From contig JALJEE010000804.1 of NCBI GenBank assembly GCA_023231475.1, positions 1 through 44,229 of the forward strand: a DNA stretch of 44,229 bases. The letters run 5' to 3'. The DNA is from Seison nebaliae (lineage: Eukaryota). The position numbers were made by a program, and so were the translations under genes. The notes beneath the pieces are model-generated. The model did not search any database. It worked only from the letters and a program-made list of their open reading frames with translations, and had not been told where the DNA came from. Each line of letters begins with the position of its first letter. The stretch's first letter is position 1. Below are positions 27,001-39,373 of the stretch, piece after piece.

Positions 27001-28594
27001 ATTTGTCTTCATAGAGAACTCCAACGCACAACGTTCCTCACAAAAACAATGGGCGGAAAATGTTTGAGAGTTATTTATGTTGTATTATGAAAGAATACAT
27101 GAAGAAAAGAAGTAAAGAAAACGGTTAGAATAGTGAAAATTGCTGAAGAAACTGATAAAAATATGAAGTCCTTCACATACAGTAACAGACTGAATAAGCA
27201 TAACAAATTAGTATCAGCCCTTTCGATTCTCAATGAACTTTTCTTTTTTTTTTTGTTTTGTTCGAAGAATGAGTGACTGATTGACTGACTGGTTGATTTA
27301 TTAGTTGTAAGCCATAATAGGATTGTGGAGTGAGAAACATCTTCGAAAACTTAATGAGATCTCCCCCATAATAAGAAGATGAAGCCAGATCGATTCGTTC
27401 TGTTCATTCACTTCATATTCGCTTCAATGCGTCTTGCATCGTATTCATCATGAAGTGCCAGTTATAGTGTATATGTTTGAGGGAGAATGTTTCGAATGAA
27501 ATAGGAAGGATGGAATTGTTTGATGACAAGAGAGGAGGAACGCATCCAACTACATAAATATAAATGGATTTCCCATTTTTCTTTCGTTTTCTTACTATCA
27601 AATCGCTAAGGAAAAGAAAGTAGAATAGATTAAGATTTATTCAATTCTAGTAGAAGAAACCAATCCCAATTCTCAAGTCGTGCATAAAGCTCGTCGTGCT
27701 TAAAGGAAGGGAGCAGTTTTCTCGATCGGATGAGAACTTTCGATGCTGCCAAATCGCTGTTAGCAAACGATTCATTCAGATTGGCATAAAATAAAGATAA
27801 TTTATGCAAATGTAATCTTCTTTCACTTTTTTCTTCTTCCATTCTCCTCGTCATCCTCGTTCAGCGATGATTGCAAATGAAGGAATATATCTCATTGTCA
27901 GTAGAAAAACTGGTTGTTCTCTCCAAATCTTTCCATGAACATCTGCATGATCGAATGAATTGTCGTCAGTTCAAATGAATCGTTTATCAATCTGCACACA
28001 GGAACCAGTTTGTCTTCATCTTCTCCATCATTATCAGGAGAACGAGAACATATTCTTTCCACACATTTATGCAAGCAGTTTATATTTGAACAAGTGAAAA
28101 TCTCATATCCTGTAACGTGTCATCGTTCAAGTGATGATAAATCTTTTTATTTGTTCTATTCTTCTCCATCAACTTTTGTTGTCGATCGTGATACTTGCCT
28201 TTGTCACGGACGTCATACAACACCGAATCTTACTTGCCTACTTTCCATACATTCATTTCCACTTCTTCAATCATTTTTTTGACCTCCTACCAAAACCATT
28301 ATTGAATTTTCTTAACTTTCTCTTTAAATTAATTTGAAGAAAAATCATTTTATTTTTCTTCTTCAAAATTATTTTTTCTCTTTGGAGAAATGGTTTTTCT
28401 CCAGTTCATTCACGAATTAAACGAGTTGAATATCGTTTCCGAATCGTTGCACATTTCTATAAATATTATAATCTCGTCAATGGTAATTTCCTATCCGTAA
28501 ACTTGATCCGTAGTACGGAACAATCACATTTTACATCGTGTCCAAAACATTTTCATTTCTTCAACTTTTCTTTTCAATTGTCCTATTAGATAGA

Positions 28595-30158
28595 ATGACA
28601 TCGATGGTGAGCATTCCACCACCGAACCATGTATCGAATACATCGTTCGCTACATTGAATAATGGAAATAGCGGAGGGAATAATGGAAATAAGATTGGCA
28701 ATTGTAATGAAGATGAAATATCGAAATCGAATACTCTAATTTTCGAGTCCAATAATAAAAAGTTTTGTGATATGAAATCGACTTATGAGAAAAATCATTC
28801 ATTCAATGATCATCCGACGACGGATTCGGGTTTTGGTGATGTCGAATTTTCATTGAGTAGTGGAACATCACCCGAAATGAATATATCATCACAATGGATG
28901 ACTAATTTTGATATAATCGATACGAATAATAATAATAATAATAATCTAATGACGACAACGACTACCACCACAACAACAACAAATCTGTTAGATAATAATC
29001 AATCTTTAATGAACAATACTTTATATCAATCCACATTAACAACAACAACAACTGTGCCATCATTGACAAATAAATCGATGTCAACATTTCTGAACAATAT
29101 CAACATCAATAATAATATTTCCAATCATCATCATTCACATCAACATCATCCAAATTTGTTAAACGAACAAAATGTTTCTGTAAATAATAATAATAATAAT
29201 AATATAATAAATAATGAAAATAATTCAAATTTACATAATCTCATCTCATCAATAACAACATCAACATTAACCTCGTCATCTTCAACATCGTCAACATTAC
29301 CAACAGGAACATTTTCTGATAATAAGAATTGTTTCGAAAATAATAATCATCTCGAGAACGAACTCATCAATCGTTACGATGAGAATGTTCTATGTTCGGA
29401 ATGTCATTTGCCAATTAATGATCAATATTTATTTTATGCTGGTAACCGAATTCTTCATTCCCACTGTATTACTTGTAATGATTGTCATACAATTCTCGAA
29501 CAAAAATGTTATAAATATTCCGGTAAGTTTTATTGTCGACAACATTATTACAAGTTCTCCATTCATTTTTAATCATTATCAAATTTCTTAATCAAATCAT
29601 TTTTCAGACGATTTGGTGTTAAATGCAAAGTGTGTAACGAAGGAATAATGCCCGACGACTGGATAAGAAAGACTGGAAATAATTATTATCATGTCAAATG
29701 TTTCGTATGTCAGAGATGTCAGAAACAACCATCAACCGGTGAACAATTCTATTTCGTCACTCCATCTATCATAATGTGTCGATATGACTATGCGATGGGT
29801 TAGTTTAATTTTTTAGAATTGATTCTTTTAAAAAAAAATAGAAAATTTAGGTGAGAAGTTTAATGGAAAAATGGAAAAAGATGGTGAGGTATTAGTGAGA
29901 GATGAAATGGAAAATGAAATTAATTCAAAACTAGAAGTAACACCCACTACTCCAACTCCCTCAGCGACACCTCCAACTAATGTTATCACGTCGTTACTAT
30001 CAACTAATTTCTGCGAAGAAAAATCTCTAAAGAGAAAGAGATTGAAACGATCGCCAACTGATCAATCGAATGAGAACGAAGATTTGACGAAGCGATCACG
30101 TCTCGCCAAACTGATCAATGAGGGAACTGATAATTCTGTTCAATATAATTTCAATGGA

Positions 30159-30196
<38 letters not shown>

Positions 30197-31293
30197 AAAT
30201 AATAATAATGAAAATCTTTTTAAATTCTCTTCAAATTCACCCGATTTATTTCACGATTTCACCAACACCGACCACCAACAACAATCATACGATTTGATGA
30301 AAAAAGGAAATTTGACGCCTACTCCTACAAATATTTTGAGACAACCCACTCCTTCGTCTACGTCATTGAACGATGAAAAGAATAAACAAACCACAACAAC
30401 AAATGATGATAATCAATCGAATTTAGTCAATAGTAACAGTGTTAATAGTAATGAGCAGCAGAAGTTTCAGTTTGATTCCACATTTGATGTAGTCGCATCA
30501 GAGAACAAATTAGACGTCGAATCAATTGAATGTAACGAGGTTGAGATTGGTCGTAGTCGTCGTACAACAATGTCAAGTAATTCTTCGAGTACGATGTTAG
30601 ATGAGAATGGAACAGATATGAATGGAAATAGCGCACTCAATTCCCAACAAGGAAAGAAACGCGGTCCACGAACAACTATCAAAGCGAAACAATTAGAGAC
30701 ATTGAAAGCGGCTTTTGCTGCTACTCCCAAACCAACGAGACATATTCGTGAACAATTGGCAAAAGAGACAGGCTTAAACATGCGAGTAATTCAAGTTAAA
30801 TTTTTAAATAAAATTTTGTAAAATTTATATTGATCGTCATCAAATCATTTAGGTCTGGTTCCAAAATCGTCGATCAAAAGAACGTCGTATGAAACAAATG
30901 ACATCGTTAGGTGTTCGTCGACATTATTTCCGAAATACAAGAATAGCATTAGCTGCCAATCGTCCATATGACGGTAGCGATGCCACCGAATATCCACCTG
31001 GCATCGGTTATTTTGGAGGTTCCACATTTCTCTCACTTCCTTCATTCTCATCTCTCTCAGTTACAGATTTTTTTAATAATGTGGCAGCTAATACGAATCC
31101 GGCGACATCGTTAGCATTTACCGATGCAGCTCGAGCAATCAATCTGAACAACAATTTGAATAATTTCAATTATGCGAATAGCACCAATAAGAATGAACCA
31201 GCTGTGAATGACCCTCCCAACATCCTCCAATTTCCTTCATCAATCAATTTGAATAATTCAAATGAAATTTTTAATGGAAATTTAAAATATTGA
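28595..31293 (+). CDS. Lhx1/5: LIM-homeodomain transcription factor of the Lhx1/5 (Lim1) family, about 830 aa. Exons 28595-29553, 29608-29798, 29851-30794, 30853-31018, 31061-31293
   Basis: Two LIM domains ([18 protein letters not shown] and [26 protein letters not shown]). The homeodomain [61 protein letters not shown] is nearly identical to LHX1. The start codon and the last (in-frame) intron are inferred. Confidence 0.95.
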
Positions 31294-31763
31294 GAAAGTA
31301 CCAAAACAATGAAGAACCACAAAATGAAATTACAATCATTCGCCATAAAGACATGAAAAGTTAAACATGACTATTATTATTATTATTATTCTTTTTCTTC
31401 TTCTCCTTCGTTTTATTTTCTTGTTCCTGTTATATATGAACCTTTTTCTTTTCAACATAAAAACATTAAATATCCCATTATTTTTGCGACAAACTAGAAA
31501 ATTTATTACTCGACAAATTCTAACAATTTTCTTATGATTCCTTTCTTCATCCTTTTCTATTTCATCATCATTTTAATAAGAATAAATTATTGATATTTAT
31601 AATTCTCATATCTCATTCAACAATCTCTCATTTTTTTATTTCCATTCAAATCTCTTATAGTCTATGTTTCTTATAAAAATTATATACTGCGTTCAGAAAT
31701 TTTAAAGACAATCATAATACATGGAAAAACTTGAAAGACCCAAATTTTTGTTCGGCAATTTTA

Positions 31764-32297
31764 AAAACAACATAAATTACTTGATTTTTTATGACTATAA
31801 TAATTTCCCTTATGCGTTAAAACATAAGTCATACGAGTAGGAAAAGATAGAATCAGTTTTTGTCTTAATTCATTCGGTAATTTTAACCAATTTCTTCGAA
31901 TAGCGGCCTCTAAATCCTCAACGGTCCAAAATTGGATGTTTTCGCCGTAAACTTGGCGACTCAACCAACCCCAGATCTCCTCTATGATGTTAAGATACTC
32001 ACGTTAGGACTCACGATCGGCCACTTTATCACTTTATAATTCAACCGTTCCATATATTGTTTGGTGATTTTTGCAACATGTGGACGCGCATTATCTTGTT
32101 GGAAAATCTAATCTTTTTGTTCTATAAGAATGGGTGTAACATTGTTTGCTAAGCAATCGATATATTTTGGGCGTCAACCGACCCTTCAAGAAAAATGATA
32201 TCGGAACGACCATCGAACCACACTGCGGCCCACACCATAACCCCCTTCCGAGATCCATAAACGGATTTGCCGAAAATTTTAGGTTCCTTTCTTAGAT
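31764..32297 (-). mobile_element. Degenerate Tc1/mariner (Tc3-like) DDE transposase, C-terminal half
   Basis: Minus strand reads DLRKEP..GVMVWAAV..YIDCL..IFQQDNARPH..KWP..LNIIEEIWGWLSRQVY..DLEAAIRRNW..KLILSFPTRM..KG, with an internal stop and frameshifts. Confidence 0.85.
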
Positions 32298-32608
32298 CGG
32301 ACTCGAAATCGGACCTGAAACATCGCATAGTGATAAAACATTATTTCTCACCGAAGACAATGATTTTTGCTAAGGTGCATAGTCAAAGTATAATGCACAC
32401 ATAAATTAATAAAAAAAATATTTTAAGTATATATTATGAAGTATAGATTTAATATACAATATCTATTTGTATTTTTTGTACTGTACACTTTTTTTAAAAA
32501 TTAATGTGCGCATTATATTTTGACTATGCACCTTAGCAAAAATCATTTTCGTCGGTGATGAATAATGTTCTATTACTATGCGAAGTTTCAGGTCCGATTT
32601 CGAGTTCG
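32298..32608. mobile_element. MITE/foldback element with about 110-bp imperfect inverted arms and an AT-rich spacer
   Basis: Left arm actcgaaatcggacctgaaac..atgatttttgctaaggtgcatagtcaaa is the reverse complement of right arm tttgactatgcaccttagcaaaaatcat..gtttcaggtccgatttcgagt. Confidence 0.85.
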
Positions 32609-32609
32609 G

Positions 32610-33290
32610 GGTAGTCGAGGTTCCCTTGTTAGAGATAATATCTTGATACTTTTGCTGCTCAGCTTTCCTTAAAAGATCTCTTACAGCATTCCTAAACTAC
32701 TTCCTTGCTACCTTTCTAATCTGAAAAGATGTTTACACCGGATCATTCCTATAATTACGATTAGCTCTGATCATATCATATTTGAGATGACGGATTAAAT
32801 GAAAATAAGGAATTTTTCTAATGTTATCATTCTCCTGATGATTATTAACGAATACGTCATATTCTTTTCATTTTTATTCATATTACCGACAGAAGACTTA
32901 TCGATAGGAGCTATGGTGGAATTAGTGCCTATGAACGTACTGACACAGGACTTCCTATCATTCGAGTTGTACTTTGTCTTACAAGACGTTGTTAGACAAA
33001 CTATTTTGGACGACTAGAATGTTCGACTTTTTTGTGACCCTCTTTATTCGTAATCGATTTCACAATTTCCATTAAACCATCATGGACCGTAATGTTCTCT
33101 GTAATCTTCTTATTGATATTACGAATTCCCTCCGATATTGTCACCACGCTTTCACCAAGAATTTTCATTTCTTTTTTGAGCTGCACATTTTCCTCTTGAA
33201 TATGGTTGAATTTTAACTCAATTGACACAAGTTCTGTCTTCTCGATTGAGCACGTAGAATCGAATTCTGGTACCGTGCACAATCTTATTA
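32610..33290 (-). mobile_element. Probable degraded non-LTR retrotransposon fragment (coiled-coil ORF1-like piece plus pre-RT linker-like piece)
   Basis: Coiled-coil ORF 33001-33282. Downstream, a broken frame ARK*FRNAVR..KAEQQKYQDII resembles the basic linker preceding LINE reverse transcriptases. It lies in a TE cluster. Confidence 0.35.
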
Positions 33291-33665
33291 GTAACGCAAG
33301 GGATAGTAACGCATATATATTATTAGTTTATTTAGTTCATTTGGATTTGAATATTCATTTGAATATATATTCATAAATTAGAAAAAATTATAATAAATAA
33401 GAATTATAAATCAGTCTTGAAATCGGCAAAAGGAAATTGATGAAGAGTTTGGTGAAAAAATGAAATAACTTCTTCTAAAAACGAGATATTCAGTGTAGAA
33501 GGTAAAAATTGAAATTTAGTGATAAAGACCTAAGGCTGGATGATAAGAGAATTAATTGAGAAATGTAGCAACTGTTAATAGGAATGAATTAGTGAGAACG
33601 AATTGGTTGAAATATTTAAGAAGTATAATTTTTAAATGAAGTCTATCTTAATATTTCATGGAACT

Positions 33666-34259
33666 ATGAATAATTTTATAAAAAGTTTAATAATTTGTTT
33701 ATTTCTACAAATTATCCCTTATCAATGTATCTCCATATTACCGACTACGAAGAAGTGTTATGATTATAATCGAACACAATGGGATGCGGACAAGCCAAGA
33801 GCAACTAAACCTCTACTATTGAATCCTCCCGATCATATCATCGTTCATCATACGGCAACTAATTTCTGTGAGAATGAGAAAGAATGTAAGGCGATGATGA
33901 AGCATATGCAATACTATCATATGAACATTCATGGTTGGAATGATATCGGCTATAATTTCGTTATTGGAGAAGATGCTAAAGTTTACGAAGGACGCGGTTA
34001 TGGAATTTGGGGAGCTCATGCCACATCCTTCGATTCAAAATCATTAGGTATTGCCATCGTTGGCGATTATACTGATCGTTTGCCAAACAAGGAGACGTTG
34101 AAACGATTGAAGGATTTCCTTGAGTGCTCAGTGAAAAAAGTTCATCTTCTACCAACTTATAAACTTCAAGGACATCGTGATAATGGTCAAATAACTGAAT
34201 GTCCCGGTTACACTTTATACAATGAACTTCGCACCTGGGACAAATATAGCAGCCATTAA
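33666..34259 (+). CDS. PGRP: Short secreted peptidoglycan recognition protein (N-acetylmuramoyl-L-alanine amidase type), copy 1, intronless
   Basis: Signal-peptide-like MNNFIKSLIICLFLQIIPYQC. Motifs IIVHHT, GWNDIGYNFVIGED..VYEGRG, GAH, SLGIAIVGDY, GHRD..TECPG. Alternative upstream ATG at 33636. Confidence 0.95.
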   Translation: MNNFIKSLIICLFLQIIPYQCISILPTTKKCYDYNRTQWDADKPRATKPLLLNPPDHIIVHHTATNFCENEKECKAMMKHMQYYHMNIHGWNDIGYNFVIGEDAKVYEGRGYGIWGAHATSFDSKSLGIAIVGDYTDRLPNKETLKRLKDFLECSVKKVHLLPTYKLQGHRDNGQITECPGYTLYNELRTWDKYSSH

Positions 34260-34641
34260 TCATAATTTCTTTTTCTTTCTTCAATCAATGGAAAACTTTT
34301 ATTACAAGAATAAATTTGAATATTTGAAATTTTTGTCTTACAATGTTAGATTGAAGATTTAAATGTTAGACTGATAAATTTTGTTAGATGTTTGAAATTA
34401 TCTTCTAATTTTTTGGTAGTTTCTTATATATAGTATAAGTAAATCTAGTGATTTTGGGTAACTAATGAATTAGATTGAGACGTTACTTGAATGCTTTTAG
34501 AAGATGATAACTAGATTTTCATAGTCTTTCTTAATTCGATCAACAAATTTCATGAGAGAATTTCCATATGATGATACTTCATAAATAGCATTGGGGAAGA
34601 AATGGAAATTTGAAGAAACAGTTAATATAATTTAGAGAATT

Positions 34642-35277
34642 ATGAAACTTTTGGTGAACGTTTCTCTCGTTTTTTGTTAGTTAACTTTTTCTTCCGAAAT
34701 TCCCATAAAATTTTCAACGAAAATTTAAATAGTTTTCGTGGCAGTGACTCAATGTCTAGCGGAAAGCAAATCGAAATGTTTTGATGTGGATAGAAATGGT
34801 TGGGGTGCTCGATCACCAAGCAAAGTTAGTAAGATTGGACATACGCCGCACTACGTCGTAATACATCATAGTGCCACTGGCGCTTGTACAGCAACGGCTG
34901 CCTGTCAAAAGTCGATTCGAAGTTTTCAAAATTATCATATGGATACAAGGCATTGGAATGATATAGGATATAATTTCATTATTGGGGAAGATGGTAAGGT
35001 ATATGAAGGACGTGGTTATGGTATTTGGGGTGCTCATTCACCTGCATATAATTCGAATTCGATCGGTATTTGTATGGTGGGAACATTCACTAATCGTTTA
35101 CCTAATCAAAAGGCTATTCAACGGTTAAAAGATTTTATTAAATGTTCCAAACAGAATGGTTATATTACTGATGATTATGATGTACGAGGTCATCGAGATA
35201 GTGGACAAATCACCGAATGTCCCGGTCAAAAATTATATGATGAGATTCATAAGAATTTGGATAAATACCATTTTTAG
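34642..35277 (+). CDS. PGRP: Short secreted peptidoglycan recognition protein (amidase type), copy 2, 192 aa. Exons 34642-34675, 34733-35277
   Basis: Removing intron 34676-34732 restores the signal peptide MKLLVNVSLVFFFVAVTQCLA. Motifs VVIHHS, WNDIGYNFIIGEDGKVYEGRG, SIGICMVGTF, GHRD..TECPG. Confidence 0.95.
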
Positions 35278-35978
35278 AGATCGATTATATCCAAATAAAA
35301 TTAATTTCCATCTCATATATTTCATTCGACACGATAAACAAGAGAGATAAGAAATGAATAATTTTTAATAAATGGATGAATAGATCAGGTCGTTAATACG
35401 AAAGGAGATCGACCGTAACGAAATAATTTCCTAGGAAAAAGAGAATGATTTTTTGAGGGTCATTATCAACGTAAGTTTCACTTCCAAAATAATTTCAATT
35501 AAAATAATTTCATGCGACGTATATTGTGGTGTCGGTGGTGGTGATGGTGTAAGGAAGAATAACATTTTTATAATTCTACCAATTTGAAAAAAAAGGAAAA
35601 ATAGATGAAATAGATGAAAAAAGAATTTTCATAAAATTAATCGAAGAGTTATTGTAGGTAGTTTAATCGATCAGTTTAAACATTCAGATAAGTGAAGTAT
35701 TTGATTTATTTCCTATAAGAAATTCGAATGAATTATAAATGGATTATCATCATCATATGAAATAATGAATAATTTATGACATAATATATGACATAAGATG
35801 ACGAAAAAGATAAGATTATTTTACAAGTAACTTTTCAACGTTGTGAATCATCGACAAAAATTATTTATGCGAACAAGATAATTGTCATCGAACGAGATTA
35901 GATATTTGAGAAAGAAAAGAAATTTGAAAAAAAGAAATTGAAAAAAATCATTTCCTTTTTGGTGAAATTATCACTTTC

Positions 35979-38900
35979 ATGCAATCGAACAATGAAAATC
36001 AGAATAATCAAAATTATCGTGTCGATGGTGACACATCATACAATTATCCGTTAGCCAAACAAACCTCGTCAACTAACACGATGTATCCGATCGCTCAAAT
36101 TCCATCAACTTTTCCATCCTCCCAATTCCAATCTTTCCAATATCCAACCAACCCATATCAACAATATCAACAATCTTATCTTCAACAACAACAACAACAA
36201 CAACAACAATCAATTTTTGGGAATAATCAAACGAATAATGGAATTTATTCGAATTCAATGGTCAATCAAACGTCATTGGATCAGATCGAATCGGAACCAT
36301 CGAATCTATTCAAACTATTATCATTCGACACATTAAAACGTCAACCGTCTGGTCATTTCCCTAAATCTGTTTTACCACGTCTTTCCGACAATTACTATGC
36401 GAGACGTCGATCAGTTCCTTCTCAAACTGAGTTCGACGTTCTCACCAGACGAAATCAGAATGAAAATCAATTGATTGTTCTTATTTCATTTATTTGTTCA
36501 TTTCTTTAATATTCTTTTTTTCTCAGAAATATCTAAATGATTATATTTGGAAAGCGATTGAGACGATTGAACAAATTCTAGAAATGGATCTCCAACAACG
36601 AATCCAACAATTAATTTATAATCAATCAACTTTCGAACGAATTTATTCGAATGATCAATATGTTATTCGATTGAACAAATCGAACACGATTGAAATTGAT
36701 CAATTGAAATCGACTTTAGAATCATCAGCAGCCGATAAACTTTTATTTACTCTCTCAACAGCCGAGAAACATCATCGAATCTATTTATTAGTCGTCTCAT
36801 TATGGAATCGTCTTATTTTGAATTTGATGAGACAAATTCCACAACATGAGCAAGTTCTCCTCTTTTTCCTATTAAGTTTTGATGATTTTTTTTCTCTACT
36901 ACAATAGAATCTTTATGTTTTCCAACAATATCTTCTACCTGATAAATATTTCCAATCAACAATGTTCTCTTTATTGAGAGAAGAAGAGAATTCACCATCA
37001 TCTAGTAAAATGATGCAGTTGGCGAAAGAGTTAATGGATTCGTTTAATTTCGGTCTATCACCCAAATCTTATTTCCCTAACGATTTAAATTATATGCAAT
37101 CGATGATGAATGATTCGTCATTTCTCGACCGATTACCCGGTGGTCAATTGATACGTCAAGAATATAAAGATGTCGACAAACAATTGAAGAATATTTTGAA
37201 TCGTTCACTTCTCGCACAATCACTCGTGTCGTCAATCGGTAATGGAAATAATAAGGATTCAGAACGATATGATGGAATGAATGATACAGTAAGTGGAATT
37301 CGAGAATTGGCAACCATCGATTATCAGACAGTGAATGTCATTAAACAATCATCACTCAATACTTTAACGTCGTTATTGAGACAGATCGCTCCTCGATATT
37401 ATTCAACTGATGAACGTTTACGATCAATTTATTTTATGGTTGCAACGGAAACGATTCTTTCTAAATCCTCAGAATCATTTACTCGAATGAGACAACGATT
37501 ACATCTCCATCTGGAAACGATGACAACGATGTTTGTTAGATTATGTGGAATGATTAATGTTCCATCCATTATACTTCCTGGAATGATCAAACGTGACGTT
37601 CTTCAAACAGAGAATAATAATTTTCATGACTTTGCTTGTGGTGTGCTATTACACAATAAATGGAAATTTATCCGTTTCCTTCCACTTCTCAAAGTCCAAA
37701 AGACTAATGCCGATTTTGCATTATTCATTTATGATCATCTATTCCTCATGGATTTCAAGAAGTTATTGAAGCAATATTATCCGAAATTCGCTCTGAATAA
37801 TTCATCATTTCCTTCGTTGAAACAATGGCAAAAGAGACCGATGGAATCGATTTATTCCTCATATCTCAATTTGGAAATTATCGAATTGACAGAAGTGACA
37901 AGTAAAAGATATAGTTTAATCTTATCATTTCCTGATACAATTGGGAAGAATATCGATTTCGCTCATCAATTATTATCGAGTAACGGTTTCGATCACACTT
38001 TCGAATGGGTCATCTCAACTTTAAGTGCACCAGATAATCGAATATCATTCATTGTTGGTTTACCGAACAATTCGGACGAATTCTCTTTAACTATTAGCGC
38101 ACGATTATTACCTCGCGACAAATATTATACTGTTGTCTACAAATTTAAATTTTCGGATAATTTCGTTTCACAAGTCACATCATCATCATCGTCATGGAAG
38201 AAAGTATCGAAAAGGACGTTAAATACCATCGCCAATGTTGATGGTTCCGATATGAACATGAACGATTTACAAGATAGTGGAAGTACACGTGGTGCAACGG
38301 AGAAGGATCAATCGATAGTTAATGCGACAATGTCGGCATTAAGATCAATGGAGAAATATTCGAATAAATGGGAAAAGAAAATAACGATTCGTACTCCGAA
38401 TATTATGCAATCATCAACAACGACATCTGGTGGTAATTCTGGAGTGAATAATAATGGTGAAAATAGTGAACTAATTCAATCACGTTCATTAATGATGAAT
38501 TATTATGACACATCTAACAACAACAACAACAACGCTAATTGTAATACTCCATTAATTCCTGGTTTGTTATCATTACCAAATCAGGCATTACGATCGACAT
38601 TTGCCTACCAAAATAATCATGAAAATGAGAAGAAGATTACAAGCGAATTTCAAAAATGTTCCATTAATTCTTCTTCTCTTTCAACAACCAATAATCAATA
38701 TCCTCAACAACAAACAATTAATCCGATAATTTCAAATAATAAATCGAATATCGATATTGTTGATTTGTGTCTAAAACCAGATAAATCGATACCGATTCAT
38801 ACATTATATACATATGGACCGAATAATTACATGCAATTACATGGTGTCAATTTCATTAATCATTCATCAGCCAAATATGGTATCATCGAAGTGAATGACA

Positions 38901-39332
38901 CACCATTTGTGGATTTACATTTTCGAATTAATGAGAAAGAATTGAATCAATCGGATCTATTTAAGAAGAATCTTCATTTCGTCTTATATTCTATCACACC
39001 CGAACCATCACCAATGGAAACGAATAAATCCACATCGAATCCAAATGAAAATACGTCAACTTATACACCGAGATGGCAGACATTAACATTTAACGATGAA
39101 TTTTTGAATGCAGCTCTTCAATCCGATCAAACCAAAATGAATAATCCTCAACAATTTCCTCCTAACGAACAAGTCAAATCACCAATCAATCAATCTAATA
39201 TATTTGATTCGATTTTGAGTCATACCATTCATCGTCGAGTACGAAGAGAAGAACGTCTTCTAATTGTTCCACCATCTGATGGTGTTTTCATTCTTGTCAT
39301 TTATTCATCCGAAGTATATCATCGTTATCTCG

Positions 39333-39373
<41 letters not shown>

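Noticed and set aside
17545..28337. Numerous 60-130 aa ORFs in the tract upstream of Lhx1/5
   Set aside because: No recognisable domains, F/L/I/S-rich composition typical of non-coding AT-rich DNA, many with non-ATG starts
34555..34704. kappaB-like sites (GAGAATTTCC, CGAAATTCCC) and GATA motifs around the PGRP genes
   Set aside because: Imperfect matches expected by chance at this AT content
33666..35277. Bacterial contamination or recent horizontal transfer of amidases
   Set aside because: Animal PGRP motifs, signal peptides, host-like composition and a host-type GTT intron in copy 2
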